Part shown: piece after piece, positions 29,436 through 38,594 of the stretch
How the letters are laid out: each line of letters begins with the position of its first letter
Numbering within the stretch: the first letter of the stretch is position 1
Assembly: GCA_965661285.1 (NCBI GenBank)
Contig: CBFIDD010000002.1
Coordinates: 96,001 to 160,000 of the forward strand
Length of the DNA: 64,000 nt
Direction: 5' to 3'
Origin: Poseidonia sp.
GTDB lineage: Archaea > Thermoplasmatota > Poseidoniia > Poseidoniales > Poseidoniaceae
Position numbers and translations under genes: made by a program
Notes under the pieces: model-generated
What the model was told of the DNA's origin: nothing
The model's input: only the letters and a program-made list of their open reading frames with translations
The model's database searches: none

Positions 29436-30443
29436 TCACGCTTCCTTGTAGAGTTCACCGATTTGGCGATAGATTTCAAAGTCAGGGGATGCCACGAAGG
29501 TCTCGATTGAGGCAGCAGCCATGTTCCCAAGTTGGTCATCAACCATCATGTAGAATTCAGCCCGTGTATCTTCATCAGTGGTCTCGGGTGAACCCAGCAC
29601 GGCCCGATAGGTTTCGAAGTCCGGGCTCGCAACGAATGCATTGACGATGGCTTCCGGGAGATGTTCACCCAGGAGGTCGTCCACGATGGCAACGAACTGA
29701 CTGAACAATTCCTGTTCGCCTTCATCTGCAGCCTCTGCCGTTGATGGGGTTTCTTGCACAGGCGCATCGCCTTGCTTGAGCGCCTTACGTCGTGCCATCA
29801 ATTCTTGAAGGAGAGGGGTGAGTTCAGCAAGTGCCTCTTTGTCGCCCACCGCCTTAGCGTCTTGATAGAGCGGTTTGAGCGAACGCAGTTCATCTTCAAC
29901 TCGTTTGAGTTCATCTTCGGGAAGAGCAGGTTCGTCTTCAATGAGTTCAACGACGGGTGCATCCCGAATCTCTGCGACCTTTTCCTCGACCGCAGCCTTT
30001 CGCATCACGATGATTTCTCGGTCAAGGGAATGACCGAATCGGTCGGCATACCGGTCAAGAAGAGAGCCGGCTTCTTTGTTGCTGATTCGGTCGATGTGCC
30101 CGTAAATCTGCTGGAGAGGTTTCTCCGACCGCTTGGCCCAGAGATCGTTGTAGCCTTTTTCTTCAGTGATTCCCGAAAGGGTCGTCTCGGGGTTGTTCAC
30201 GGCCGGAGGCAACGGCGTGGAGTTGGAAATAGGGACAGGAGCGGGTGCCGCAGGTGCTGCTGGCGCAGGAGCAGGAACGGGTGCAGGCAAAGGTGCAGGC
30301 ACCCCGGGAAGAGGAGGAAGTTCACCGCCAGGAGGGAGCGGGAGGGGTGCCGGCAATCCAGCAGGCGGAGGCAAATCAGATGTTGGTGGTGTTGCCTCCT
30401 TTTTCTTGGATTTCTTTCCTCTGCGCAGACCCAACAGACTCAC
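29436..30443 (-). CDS. Hypothetical protein: Pro-rich N-terminus, coiled coil, duplicated C-terminal motif
   Basis: 335-aa ORF; two copies of VDDxLG...FVASPDFExYR; abuts the downstream membrane gene. Confidence 0.75.
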   Translation of the reverse strand: MSLLGLRRGKKSKKKEATPPTSDLPPPAGLPAPLPLPPGGELPPLPGVPAPLPAPVPAPAPAAPAAPAPVPISNSTPLPPAVNNPETTLSGITEEKGYNDLWAKRSEKPLQQIYGHIDRISNKEAGSLLDRYADRFGHSLDREIIVMRKAAVEEKVAEIRDAPVVELIEDEPALPEDELKRVEDELRSLKPLYQDAKAVGDKEALAELTPLLQELMARRKALKQGDAPVQETPSTAEAADEGEQELFSQFVAIVDDLLGEHLPEAIVNAFVASPDFETYRAVLGSPETTDEDTRAEFYMMVDDQLGNMAAASIETFVASPDFEIYRQIGELYKEA

Positions 30444-30530
30444 CTCGTCCCAAGGGATGGGAAACCACCCTTGAACCTTACCGCATGTTGAACCATGGAT
30501 AACGCCGTTATCGGCGCCATCATTTTTCCT

Positions 30531-31730
30531 TCATACGAGCTTCGCCCAGCCTTTGAGCACAAGGAAGGTGGCTCCGGATTCATGAATTTGAAATCGCTCA
30601 CCAGCGGTGCTTTCTATGCGACGCTCACCAAACTGGGCTACAGCGTCATCAACAAGCCACTCCACCTCATGTGTTTCATCTATGCCGAAAACAAAGGCCT
30701 CCATCAGCGGATTGTAGCTTTGACTGCCGTCAGGGTCAAGCCGTGAAAGCGGAAATTCAGTCACCCGCATGCCCGATTTCCCATGAAGCGAGGTCGGCCA
30801 TCGAATCTGCCTGCGCACATCGATGGTCACCACCTCATCGGTTTCACCAGCAGAGCCCAATACGACGGAAGCATCGGCTTTGAGAAGGTTGAGAAACAGA
30901 GCCTGATAGTTCCCCAAGAGTTCAAATTTGCCTTCTTTGAGACGCTGTACCCTGCTCTCGTGGTCCATGAGTTCAGCAAGGCGCTTAATCGCGGCAGAAG
31001 ATCGTTGGGAGGTGTTTCCTTCACGGTCCTGGAGCGACTGGAGGGCAGCCTCCAAACGTCGAAGTTCAATGTTGCTGTTTTCGACCCCTCGATGGATGCC
31101 TTGGAGGGTCTGAATCATCGAATCCATGCCTTGGCGAATTCGTTGCGTCCAGCCCTTTGCCTCGTGGTCGTGGTATCGAGCGAGGCCACCCTGAACATCC
31201 ACGCCTTCGCCCCGGATGTGCGACACCAACTCTCGCCTTGCTTCAGAATCCAGATGAAATAATCGAGGATCGCGATAGTGCAAATGAAATCCCCGATGGC
31301 CTGAAAAGGTGACTTGGAGGTGTTCTTCGGAAAAACCGAACTCGGGTTCAAGAAAGTCGTTCCAAAGCGACCACGCCTGTTCTTGGATCACAGCCAACAT
31401 ACCGGGAAAGTCTCGGTCCGTTACACCCGGAAGGTGGTCGCCGTCCAAGTCAAAAATGAGGTCGGCCCCCTGCCAGAGTTTGTCAGCCATTTTCAACTCG
31501 TACGGACGGCGCCAGTATGCAGTTGAGTAAAAACAGGAATGCATGGCACGTTGGGAGAGGAAGGATTGGACCTGGCCGACGTCTGAGAAGGATTTGTGCC
31601 GCAACGGCGGTGCTCCTCCGAATGGAATGAACATCCACTCCCGCGTTTTTATTCGTGGAGGCGACCACAACGCAGCGTTTTGATAGTATTGACCAAAACG
31701 GTGTGCAAACCTCGCCCAACCGTCTGACAT
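30531..31730 (-). CDS. priS: DNA primase small (catalytic) subunit
   Basis: REWMF, YSTAYW, GADLIFDLDGDHL, FSGHRGFHLH, DEVVTIDVRRQIRWPTSLHGK. Confidence 0.93.
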   Translation of the reverse strand: MSDGWARFAHRFGQYYQNAALWSPPRIKTREWMFIPFGGAPPLRHKSFSDVGQVQSFLSQRAMHSCFYSTAYWRRPYELKMADKLWQGADLIFDLDGDHLPGVTDRDFPGMLAVIQEQAWSLWNDFLEPEFGFSEEHLQVTFSGHRGFHLHYRDPRLFHLDSEARRELVSHIRGEGVDVQGGLARYHDHEAKGWTQRIRQGMDSMIQTLQGIHRGVENSNIELRRLEAALQSLQDREGNTSQRSSAAIKRLAELMDHESRVQRLKEGKFELLGNYQALFLNLLKADASVVLGSAGETDEVVTIDVRRQIRWPTSLHGKSGMRVTEFPLSRLDPDGSQSYNPLMEAFVFGIDETHEVEWLVDDAVAQFGERRIESTAGERFQIHESGATFLVLKGWAKLV

Positions 31731-31780
31731 GGTCTCCCTCGTTCACCACGAAAGGTTGAGGGTTCTTGAAGAACGCCGTT

Positions 31781-31990
31781 TCAATCCTGCTTCATCCAGA
31801 AACGCTCGTCAGCGTCGCTGACCTCGGTCGCCGTATCAGCGCCGGTGGCTTCGACATAATGTTCCCAGCACATGTAGTACTTGTCCACAACCATGGCGTT
31901 TCCGAACGTCAGTCTCATGCCACAGGAATGGCAGCGCGGGCCGAGTTCACCGTTGGGTGCTTGAGCGAGTTGAATGTGGTCGTGAGGCAT
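31781..31990 (-). CDS. Small Zn-finger protein (C-x2-C-x17-C-x2-H)
   Basis: CHSCG...YYMCWEHY; GGAG upstream; co-oriented with both neighbours. Confidence 0.7.
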   Translation of the reverse strand: MPHDHIQLAQAPNGELGPRCHSCGMRLTFGNAMVVDKYYMCWEHYVEATGADTATEVSDADERFWMKQD

Positions 31991-32044
31991 GATGCTCCTT
32001 CCTGTTTTTGGGGTAGGCGGTCTAGTCTTTGAACTTGAGGGAGG

Positions 32045-32533
32045 CTACCATTCGGTTTGCTCAAACTCAGACCCTTCAACCCAAGCCAGCAAATCAAGGG
32101 CAACAACACACGACTCTGCCACTTCCGGCAAGGGGTCATTGACGAATTTTTGTAGCGTCGGCACCACACTTCGGTCGCCAATGGCTCCCATGGCTTCTGC
32201 AGCTTCGTGTCGAACCATCACGTGTTCCTCATCGTCTTCAAGGCGGTCAACGAGCGTGGGCAGCGCTGCAGGGTTTTGCATCTGGCCAAGTACGTAGGCG
32301 ATTTCGTGTCGTAAGAGCGCACTTTGACTCGAGAAGCCCTGACAGAGCGCTAAGCAAGCCTCTTCGGTTCGTTGATTCCGAAGTGCAAAGACAGCTCGCA
32401 TGCGCTGAAACATCGGTTGGCTTTCATCGCACAACTGTTCGGTGAGCGTGTCCAAGACAGCAATTTGGGATGGGGGCGCTGGATCAACCGAGCCGTACTG
32501 GCTCACTTGTGGTTTTCGTTCACTTGGCGTCAT
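32045..32533 (-). CDS. HEAT-repeat protein matching one half of deoxyhypusine hydroxylase
   Basis: SVDPAPP, RMRAVFALRN, SALLRHEIAYVLGQMQ, MVRHEAAEAMGAIG, EVAESC.VAL. Confidence 0.8.
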   Translation of the reverse strand: MTPSERKPQVSQYGSVDPAPPSQIAVLDTLTEQLCDESQPMFQRMRAVFALRNQRTEEACLALCQGFSSQSALLRHEIAYVLGQMQNPAALPTLVDRLEDDEEHVMVRHEAAEAMGAIGDRSVVPTLQKFVNDPLPEVAESCVVALDLLAWVEGSEFEQTEW

Positions 32534-33423
32534 GGTTCATCCTCTGGCGCGCCGATGAATTTCATGGTGCTTGTGTCAAAATCACCTCGGATTAAGCCGA
32601 GGTCTTGACCTTCTTTGATGAAACGTCGGATGGAGGCTCTTCCTTCCTCACGATAGTCAATGGTACGGTCGTTGACGTACATGCCAACAAATTCCTTGTT
32701 CGTGTCGTCATCGATGCCTCGGCCCCATGCCTTTGCAAATTCCAAGGCCTCATCGGGTGATTTGAGTGCGTATTCAATGCTCATTTTGGTGTACATCGTG
32801 ATGTCCTCCATCACCTTGTCGCCAAGATCACGCCGGACAACGTTTCCGCCGAGTGGCATCGGCCAGTTTGGTGTCCTGGCATTCCACCATTTTCCGAGGT
32901 CTATGAGAACATCAAGGTCATGGTCAACATAGGTCAACTGACCCTCGTGAATGATGAGGCCGCTGAGGTATGTACCGTCAAGAATTCGCGGGATAATCTC
33001 ATCAAAAGGAACGACCGCAACCTCGCAGTCTCCCCAAGCCAGACGCAGGCCGAGATATGCACTTGTTTTCATGCCGGGGACGGCGATGGTGTGGCTTCTC
33101 GCTTCATCCTCTGTGACGCCGCTTTTGCAAACGATCATCGGACCGTATCCCTCGCCCATCGAAGCGCCGCAGTTCATCAGAGCATAATGTTCAGCGATGT
33201 CGGGAAAAGCATGAATAGAAACAGCCGAGACCTCGAGGTCTTGGTTCATGGCCCGGTGATTCAATGTCTCAATGTCTTGGAGTTCGTGAACAAAGTTGTA
33301 TCCCGGTGTAGGAAATGCGCCGGTGGTCATGGCGTGAAACATGAAGGCATCATCGGGGTCGGGACTGTGGCCGATTCGCACGATTTTATTGCCCGCTTCG
33401 TCGAGAGGAAGTTCAGCCACCAT
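32530..33423 (-). CDS. mqnD: 1,4-dihydroxy-6-naphthoate synthase (MqnD family)
   Basis: GHSPDPDDAFMF, DIETLN, GASMGEGYGP, IIHEGQLTY, DLGKWW, PLGGN, MYVN; start trimmed to ATG 33423. Confidence 0.9.
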   Translation of the reverse strand: MVAELPLDEAGNKIVRIGHSPDPDDAFMFHAMTTGAFPTPGYNFVHELQDIETLNHRAMNQDLEVSAVSIHAFPDIAEHYALMNCGASMGEGYGPMIVCKSGVTEDEARSHTIAVPGMKTSAYLGLRLAWGDCEVAVVPFDEIIPRILDGTYLSGLIIHEGQLTYVDHDLDVLIDLGKWWNARTPNWPMPLGGNVVRRDLGDKVMEDITMYTKMSIEYALKSPDEALEFAKAWGRGIDDDTNKEFVGMYVNDRTIDYREEGRASIRRFIKEGQDLGLIRGDFDTSTMKFIGAPEDEP

Positions 33424-33484
33424 GATTCCAACCACCGGTATGCCCTTCAAGAACATTCGTTTGGTCAGGCCATCAATGACTGTA

Positions 33485-34291
33485 TCAGTTCCACGCGAAT
33501 TGCGGCGTTGAATCCATGCCACATGCTGATTTCAAAAACCGGAACAAACCGTCCAGATGATGTTGATTGAGACGGTTAAACACCTCGCCATAATACTGGT
33601 CCAATCGTTCGTAGGTAAGACCTGATTTTTCCATGGACCACTGAATCACAGCCTCGCGCTTTGCGGCTTGAGATTCAAAGCCCTCAAGATTCGAAAGAAG
33701 GGCTGCATGTGCACGCTGAAGGGCCTCGATTGGCGTGTCTTTTCGGGCGACAAAAACGCCGAAAATCATCGGCAATCCCTCTTGTTGCATCCATGCAGTG
33801 CCAAGGTCCATTTGAACCATCTCGGGAAACTCGCGGGCGGCTTCAAGTGCGCGATCTCCGATGAGCAACGCACCATCGGCGATCTTCATCATGGAGTCGT
33901 AATCCGGACCCATGGAGACATAGTTCATCGCCCTCCCTTGTTGTGAGATGAGATGTTTCAGCAACGCCACCGATGTGGCTGAATCGCTGGGTAGCGCAAT
34001 GGTCTGCATCTTTGAGAGCGGGACGGCGCCGAAGAGGAGCACGCTCCCGACTTCGCCTTGGCTCCCGATGCCGATATCAGGCAAGAGGACCAATTCATTG
34101 GCGTGCTTGGCGTAGTCTGCTGCGGGTATGGGTGCCAGAATGCAATCTCTGCGAAGAACGTGGCCGGTGAGCCAAGACGGTGGGGCGGACAAGACCTTCC
34201 AACGTGTGTCGAGTTTGTGATACAACGGGTCGCAATTGATGAACGCCACCCGTCCGAGCGTGTTCGTCCAAGTATCAGCCATGCGTATCAT
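33485..34291 (-). CDS. mqnA: Chorismate dehydratase (MqnA family)
   Basis: GRVAFINCDPL, GEVGSVLL, SATSVALL, LLIGDRAL, DLG..W...GLPMIFGVF. Confidence 0.88.
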   Translation of the reverse strand: MIRMADTWTNTLGRVAFINCDPLYHKLDTRWKVLSAPPSWLTGHVLRRDCILAPIPAADYAKHANELVLLPDIGIGSQGEVGSVLLFGAVPLSKMQTIALPSDSATSVALLKHLISQQGRAMNYVSMGPDYDSMMKIADGALLIGDRALEAAREFPEMVQMDLGTAWMQQEGLPMIFGVFVARKDTPIEALQRAHAALLSNLEGFESQAAKREAVIQWSMEKSGLTYERLDQYYGEVFNRLNQHHLDGLFRFLKSACGMDSTPQFAWN

Positions 34292-35499
34292 CCTTGGGCC
34301 ATTGGCAGGGTGCGTCGTGTAGGCGGTGGTGGTGGCGTGTATTCCTCAAATTGTGAATACGTGGTGTTTCGCTGAATGGGTGAGCATCCAGCATCGTAAA
34401 TCAGGCGTGAAAGTTTGGTGCGGTCGTGGTCAAGGGGGGCTGTCGAACCTGCCAAATGCATGATGGATTCCTTCTGAACCGTACCGTCGATATCATCCGC
34501 CCCAAATTGGAGGGCCAACTCGGCAAGATGATCGCCGATGTTCATGCGATAAGCCTTGATGTGCGGTATGTTGTTCAACATCAAGCGAGAAACGGCGATG
34601 GTGCGGAGCACTTCTGTTCCGGTCGCTAACTGCGCTTCGGGGAGTCGCGTATGGTCGGGCAGGAACGGGTAGGGCACGAAACATTGGAATCCACGGGTTT
34701 CTTCATTGAGAGAGCGCAGGGAAATCATGTGTTGGAGGCGCTGTTCAAGATGTTCGATTGTGCCAAAAAGCATGGTGCAATTTGATGGCAGTCCGACCTC
34801 GTGAGCCTCTCGATGAATCTGGAGGTATTCATTAGAACTTTCTTTTCCGTTACAGATGTGTGCCCGCACCTCGTCATCGAGAATCTCTGCACCGCCACCC
34901 GGCAAAGACGTCAAACCTGCTGCTTTGAGACGGGTGAGAACTTCCTTTGTTGAAATGGAGGATTTCTGTGAGAGATGTTTGATTTCAACAGCGGTAAGGG
35001 CTTTGATGGAAATGTGCGGAAATTTCTCTTTGGTTGCTGCAAAAAGCCCTTCGTAGTGTTCCACACCCCAATCGGGGTGAAGGCCTCCCACAGAGTGAAC
35101 TTCGTCAACAGCGTGAGCGTATTGGTCCAAGTCGGCAAGGTATTGCTCAACCGACATGGCGTAGGCATCATCGGCTTTTGGACCGCGGCGAAACGCGCAG
35201 AACTTACACGCTAAGACACAGATGTTCGTCTGGTTGACGTGGACGTTGGAGTTGAAAAATGCGCGCAAGCCAAATCGAGCTTTGCGGACACAGTGAGCAA
35301 GCGCACCGAGTTCATGGAGGTCTGGATGTGTGTAGAGTATCATACCATCAGCAAGGCTAAGCGGCTCATTTCGGACCAATTTCTCAACGATGGGTTGGAG
35401 CGCAGGCGACCATGATGTTGATGCGATGTTTTCGGCAAGGTTGTCAAGCCAGTGCGCGGCTTCACCAGCAAGCGGTGCAGGCTGGAGAGAAGGAGCCAT
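34288..35499 (-). CDS. mqnE: Radical SAM CofH/MqnE-family enzyme, probably aminofutalosine synthase
   Basis: TNICVLACKFCAF, VGGLHP, IKALTAVEI, PGGGAEI, IPHIKAY, GADDIDGT..ESI.H.AG; in operon with mqnA. Confidence 0.85.
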   Translation of the reverse strand: MAPSLQPAPLAGEAAHWLDNLAENIASTSWSPALQPIVEKLVRNEPLSLADGMILYTHPDLHELGALAHCVRKARFGLRAFFNSNVHVNQTNICVLACKFCAFRRGPKADDAYAMSVEQYLADLDQYAHAVDEVHSVGGLHPDWGVEHYEGLFAATKEKFPHISIKALTAVEIKHLSQKSSISTKEVLTRLKAAGLTSLPGGGAEILDDEVRAHICNGKESSNEYLQIHREAHEVGLPSNCTMLFGTIEHLEQRLQHMISLRSLNEETRGFQCFVPYPFLPDHTRLPEAQLATGTEVLRTIAVSRLMLNNIPHIKAYRMNIGDHLAELALQFGADDIDGTVQKESIMHLAGSTAPLDHDRTKLSRLIYDAGCSPIQRNTTYSQFEEYTPPPPPTRRTLPMAQG

Positions 35500-35544
35500 G
35501 ATAGCGCCTCGGGGAATTCATTCAAGAAGATGTGCTTTCATCCG

Positions 35545-38439
35545 TCAACGACGGCGAACGGCAAAGAAACCTGATTTCGCGATAAATTTCCTGAACTCCT
35601 CGATGATGAACACGCTTGACGCCATGAGCACGATGATGCCCCAATCGCTTTGCGATAATGGATTGGTACGCAGGAGCGATCCGACTTCAATGCCCAGCAC
35701 AGGGATGGTCATCTCGGCAAGCTGCACAAAGAACAGGAGGAGGCCAGTGGAAATCAGCAGGGCATATGTGATGGCAGGATTTGAAAAGACGCCGAGTTCA
35801 AAGACGCTCTCTTCGTTGGACCGGCAGTTCATCACATTGAACAACTGATACACGATGAACACCGCGAACGTCATGGTCTGGGCGTGCTGGAAATGACCAT
35901 CGGCGTAGTTCTGCCAATCTTCAATCGCTGCTGGGTTCCCGTTTTCACACGCTGCAACATCAAACGCCGTCGTCGTGGTCTGGGATGGGAGCAATTCGCA
36001 CTGTGCATCCGGATTGGCCAGCCCCCCGCCACCGAGCCAGAAGATCATCAAGGACCCGATGACCATGACGATACCGAGGTAGAAAATCAACGAAATGTCT
36101 CGACCGTTGGGTAAACCCTCGTCCACGGGTCGTGGGGGTCGTTCCATCACGTTCCCGTGTTTCTTTTCCACCCCAAGCGCTACAGCCGGTGGGCCGTCCA
36201 TGAGGATGTTGATAACCAAAATTTGCGTTGCCGTAAGGGGTAATGCTTCGGGACCGAAAAACAAAGTTGCCAATACGAGAAGCGAGACCGCCGCCACATT
36301 GGTCGAAACCTGGTATCTAACAAAGTTTCGAATGTTTTGGTAAATTTTCCGGCCTTCCTCCACAGCGTGAACGATGTTGGCGAAGTTATCGTCTTGAAGC
36401 ACCATGTCGGCGGCATCTTTCGCCACATCAGTACCGGCAATCCCCATCGCAATGCCGATGTTCGCTCCGGATAGAGCGGGAGCATCGTTCACGCCATCGC
36501 CGGTCATGGCGACGATCTCACCTTGTTCTTGCAACGAGGAAACAATCCGCATTTTCTGGTCGGGCGTGACACGAGAGTAAACGGAAACGCCACCAGAGAC
36601 GGACACGAGTTCCTCATCACTCAACGCTGCGAGCTTCTTTCCGTCGAGGGAGGACGTTGATGCAATGTTCAATTCGGATGCAATGGCCGCCGCCGTCATC
36701 TTTTGGTCGCCCGTGATCATCTTTACCTTGATACCCGCTCGCTGACAGGTTTCAATGGCCGCTTTGACCTCTGGCCGTGGAGGGTCCATGATACCAACGA
36801 GGCCGAGGAAAATAAGATTCGATTCCATGGCGTTGATGTCCGTGATGTCCTCCCCGTCTTCGACCTTCCGCGCAAAGAGAGCGATGATACGCATCGCTTG
36901 GGAGCCCATTTCTTTGTTCATCGAGGATATCTGCTTCTTGTCTTCCTCGGTGAGGGGTACAACGGTATTGTCGACGATTTTGGATGTTGCCATCGACTTA
37001 AACCCACCAGCACTCCCCTTTGCAAAGACCCACTGAGCGCCCTCGTACTCGTGGACGACACTCATCCGCTTTCGTACAGAATCAAAGAAGAATTCATGTA
37101 GACGAGGGTGGCGATAACTGAATTTCTTCACATCCCCGTTAATTTTCCATCCTGCCACGGCGCATGCAGAATCGGTTGGGTCGCCAATGGCCTGCCATTG
37201 GCCCTCGGATTTGACGATGTTCGAATTGTGGCAAAGCGCAAGGCAAGACCCTAACAATCGGAAATTAAGGTCTGCTTGCCGGGATTGGAGGTCCTCATCC
37301 GTGAGGATAACCCCGTTTCGAATGAGGGTCCCTTCGGGATCGAATCCCTCGCCGGTGATGCCAAAGTTTCGCTGAAGGGTCTGAATCTCCCGCACCGTCA
37401 TCTGATTTTTCGTCAACGTACCGGTTTTATCCGAACAAATCACCGTGGTTGAACCCAACGTTTCAACCGCTTTCATGCGCCGAATGATGGCTTTATGTCG
37501 GGCCATGTTGCGCATTCCCAGGGAGAGCGTGATGACCAAAATGATGGGCAGGCCTTCGGGGACGATGGCGACAAAAATCGAAATCGCAATGATGAATTGT
37601 TGCACGAGCACTTCTTTGAGATCAACACCCGGTTTGCCATAGGACACGATAACATAGAGCGAGACGATGAGAACGGCGACGACCAGCGCGATGACACCGA
37701 GAAACTTTCCGAGGCTCTCGAGTTTCAACTCCAGCGGCGTCTTCGGTGTTTGCGCTTCCGCGATGTTGCTTGCGATTTTACCGAGTTCGGTTTTCATACC
37801 TGTGGCAACCACCAAACCAAGGCCTCTTCCGGAGGAGACCGTCGTTCCCATGAACGCCATGTTGCTTCGTTCAGCAAGGAGGGTTTCTGCCGGCAAAGCC
37901 TCGGTCGATTTTCGAATGGTCAGCGACTCACCGGTCAAGGCCGATTCATCGATTTTACACTGTTGAGACTGAAGGAGGCGAACGTCCGCAGGAACATTGA
38001 GTCCGGGTTCAAGACGAACGACGTCGCCGGGGACGAGTTCTGAAGTTGGAATTTCGTTTTCGTAATCGCCACGAATAACGACGCAATTTGAAACCGACAT
38101 TTGTTTGAGCGAATCCATGGCTTGTTCGGCTTGATTCTCCTGCCAGTATCCAAAAAATGCGTTGGCCGTCAGCACGATAAAGATGAAAATTGCATCACCG
38201 GGATGGTCTGGATTGATGATCAAAGCGATGAGGGCAGCCCCCATCAGAAGATAGTTCAGCGGGTCGTTGTACTGAGAGAGAAATCGAAGAAAAGCGGATG
38301 TTTTCTCCGCCTCGTCCAGTTTGTTATCGCCAAAACGTCGGCGTCGCTTTGAGATCTCATCGGGAGCTAGCCCGTTCTTTGTTGACGCTTGAGCGACAAG
38401 GCTGTCCTCAACAGAGAGGTTATGCCAGTAATCCTCCAT
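35545..38439 (-). CDS. P-type ATPase, type IIA (Ca2+-transporting-like)
   Basis: TGES, IVPEGLP, CSDKTGT, MITGD, TGDGVNDAPAL, QILVINILMDG; start trimmed to ATG 38439. Confidence 0.93.
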   Translation of the reverse strand: MEDYWHNLSVEDSLVAQASTKNGLAPDEISKRRRRFGDNKLDEAEKTSAFLRFLSQYNDPLNYLLMGAALIALIINPDHPGDAIFIFIVLTANAFFGYWQENQAEQAMDSLKQMSVSNCVVIRGDYENEIPTSELVPGDVVRLEPGLNVPADVRLLQSQQCKIDESALTGESLTIRKSTEALPAETLLAERSNMAFMGTTVSSGRGLGLVVATGMKTELGKIASNIAEAQTPKTPLELKLESLGKFLGVIALVVAVLIVSLYVIVSYGKPGVDLKEVLVQQFIIAISIFVAIVPEGLPIILVITLSLGMRNMARHKAIIRRMKAVETLGSTTVICSDKTGTLTKNQMTVREIQTLQRNFGITGEGFDPEGTLIRNGVILTDEDLQSRQADLNFRLLGSCLALCHNSNIVKSEGQWQAIGDPTDSACAVAGWKINGDVKKFSYRHPRLHEFFFDSVRKRMSVVHEYEGAQWVFAKGSAGGFKSMATSKIVDNTVVPLTEEDKKQISSMNKEMGSQAMRIIALFARKVEDGEDITDINAMESNLIFLGLVGIMDPPRPEVKAAIETCQRAGIKVKMITGDQKMTAAAIASELNIASTSSLDGKKLAALSDEELVSVSGGVSVYSRVTPDQKMRIVSSLQEQGEIVAMTGDGVNDAPALSGANIGIAMGIAGTDVAKDAADMVLQDDNFANIVHAVEEGRKIYQNIRNFVRYQVSTNVAAVSLLVLATLFFGPEALPLTATQILVINILMDGPPAVALGVEKKHGNVMERPPRPVDEGLPNGRDISLIFYLGIVMVIGSLMIFWLGGGGLANPDAQCELLPSQTTTTAFDVAACENGNPAAIEDWQNYADGHFQHAQTMTFAVFIVYQLFNVMNCRSNEESVFELGVFSNPAITYALLISTGLLLFFVQLAEMTIPVLGIEVGSLLRTNPLSQSDWGIIVLMASSVFIIEEFRKFIAKSGFFAVRRR

Positions 38440-38594
38440 CAAAACCAATCCACCCCTCAATAGAGTATTGAGGCAAAACGAAGCAGAAATATGCCGCATA
38501 TTAGTTTGATGGACAAAATCCCATGGATAATAAGTGCCAGACGAAGTGAAACACACATCGTAGGCTATACCTACTGGGACGAATTGGAGCGAGC

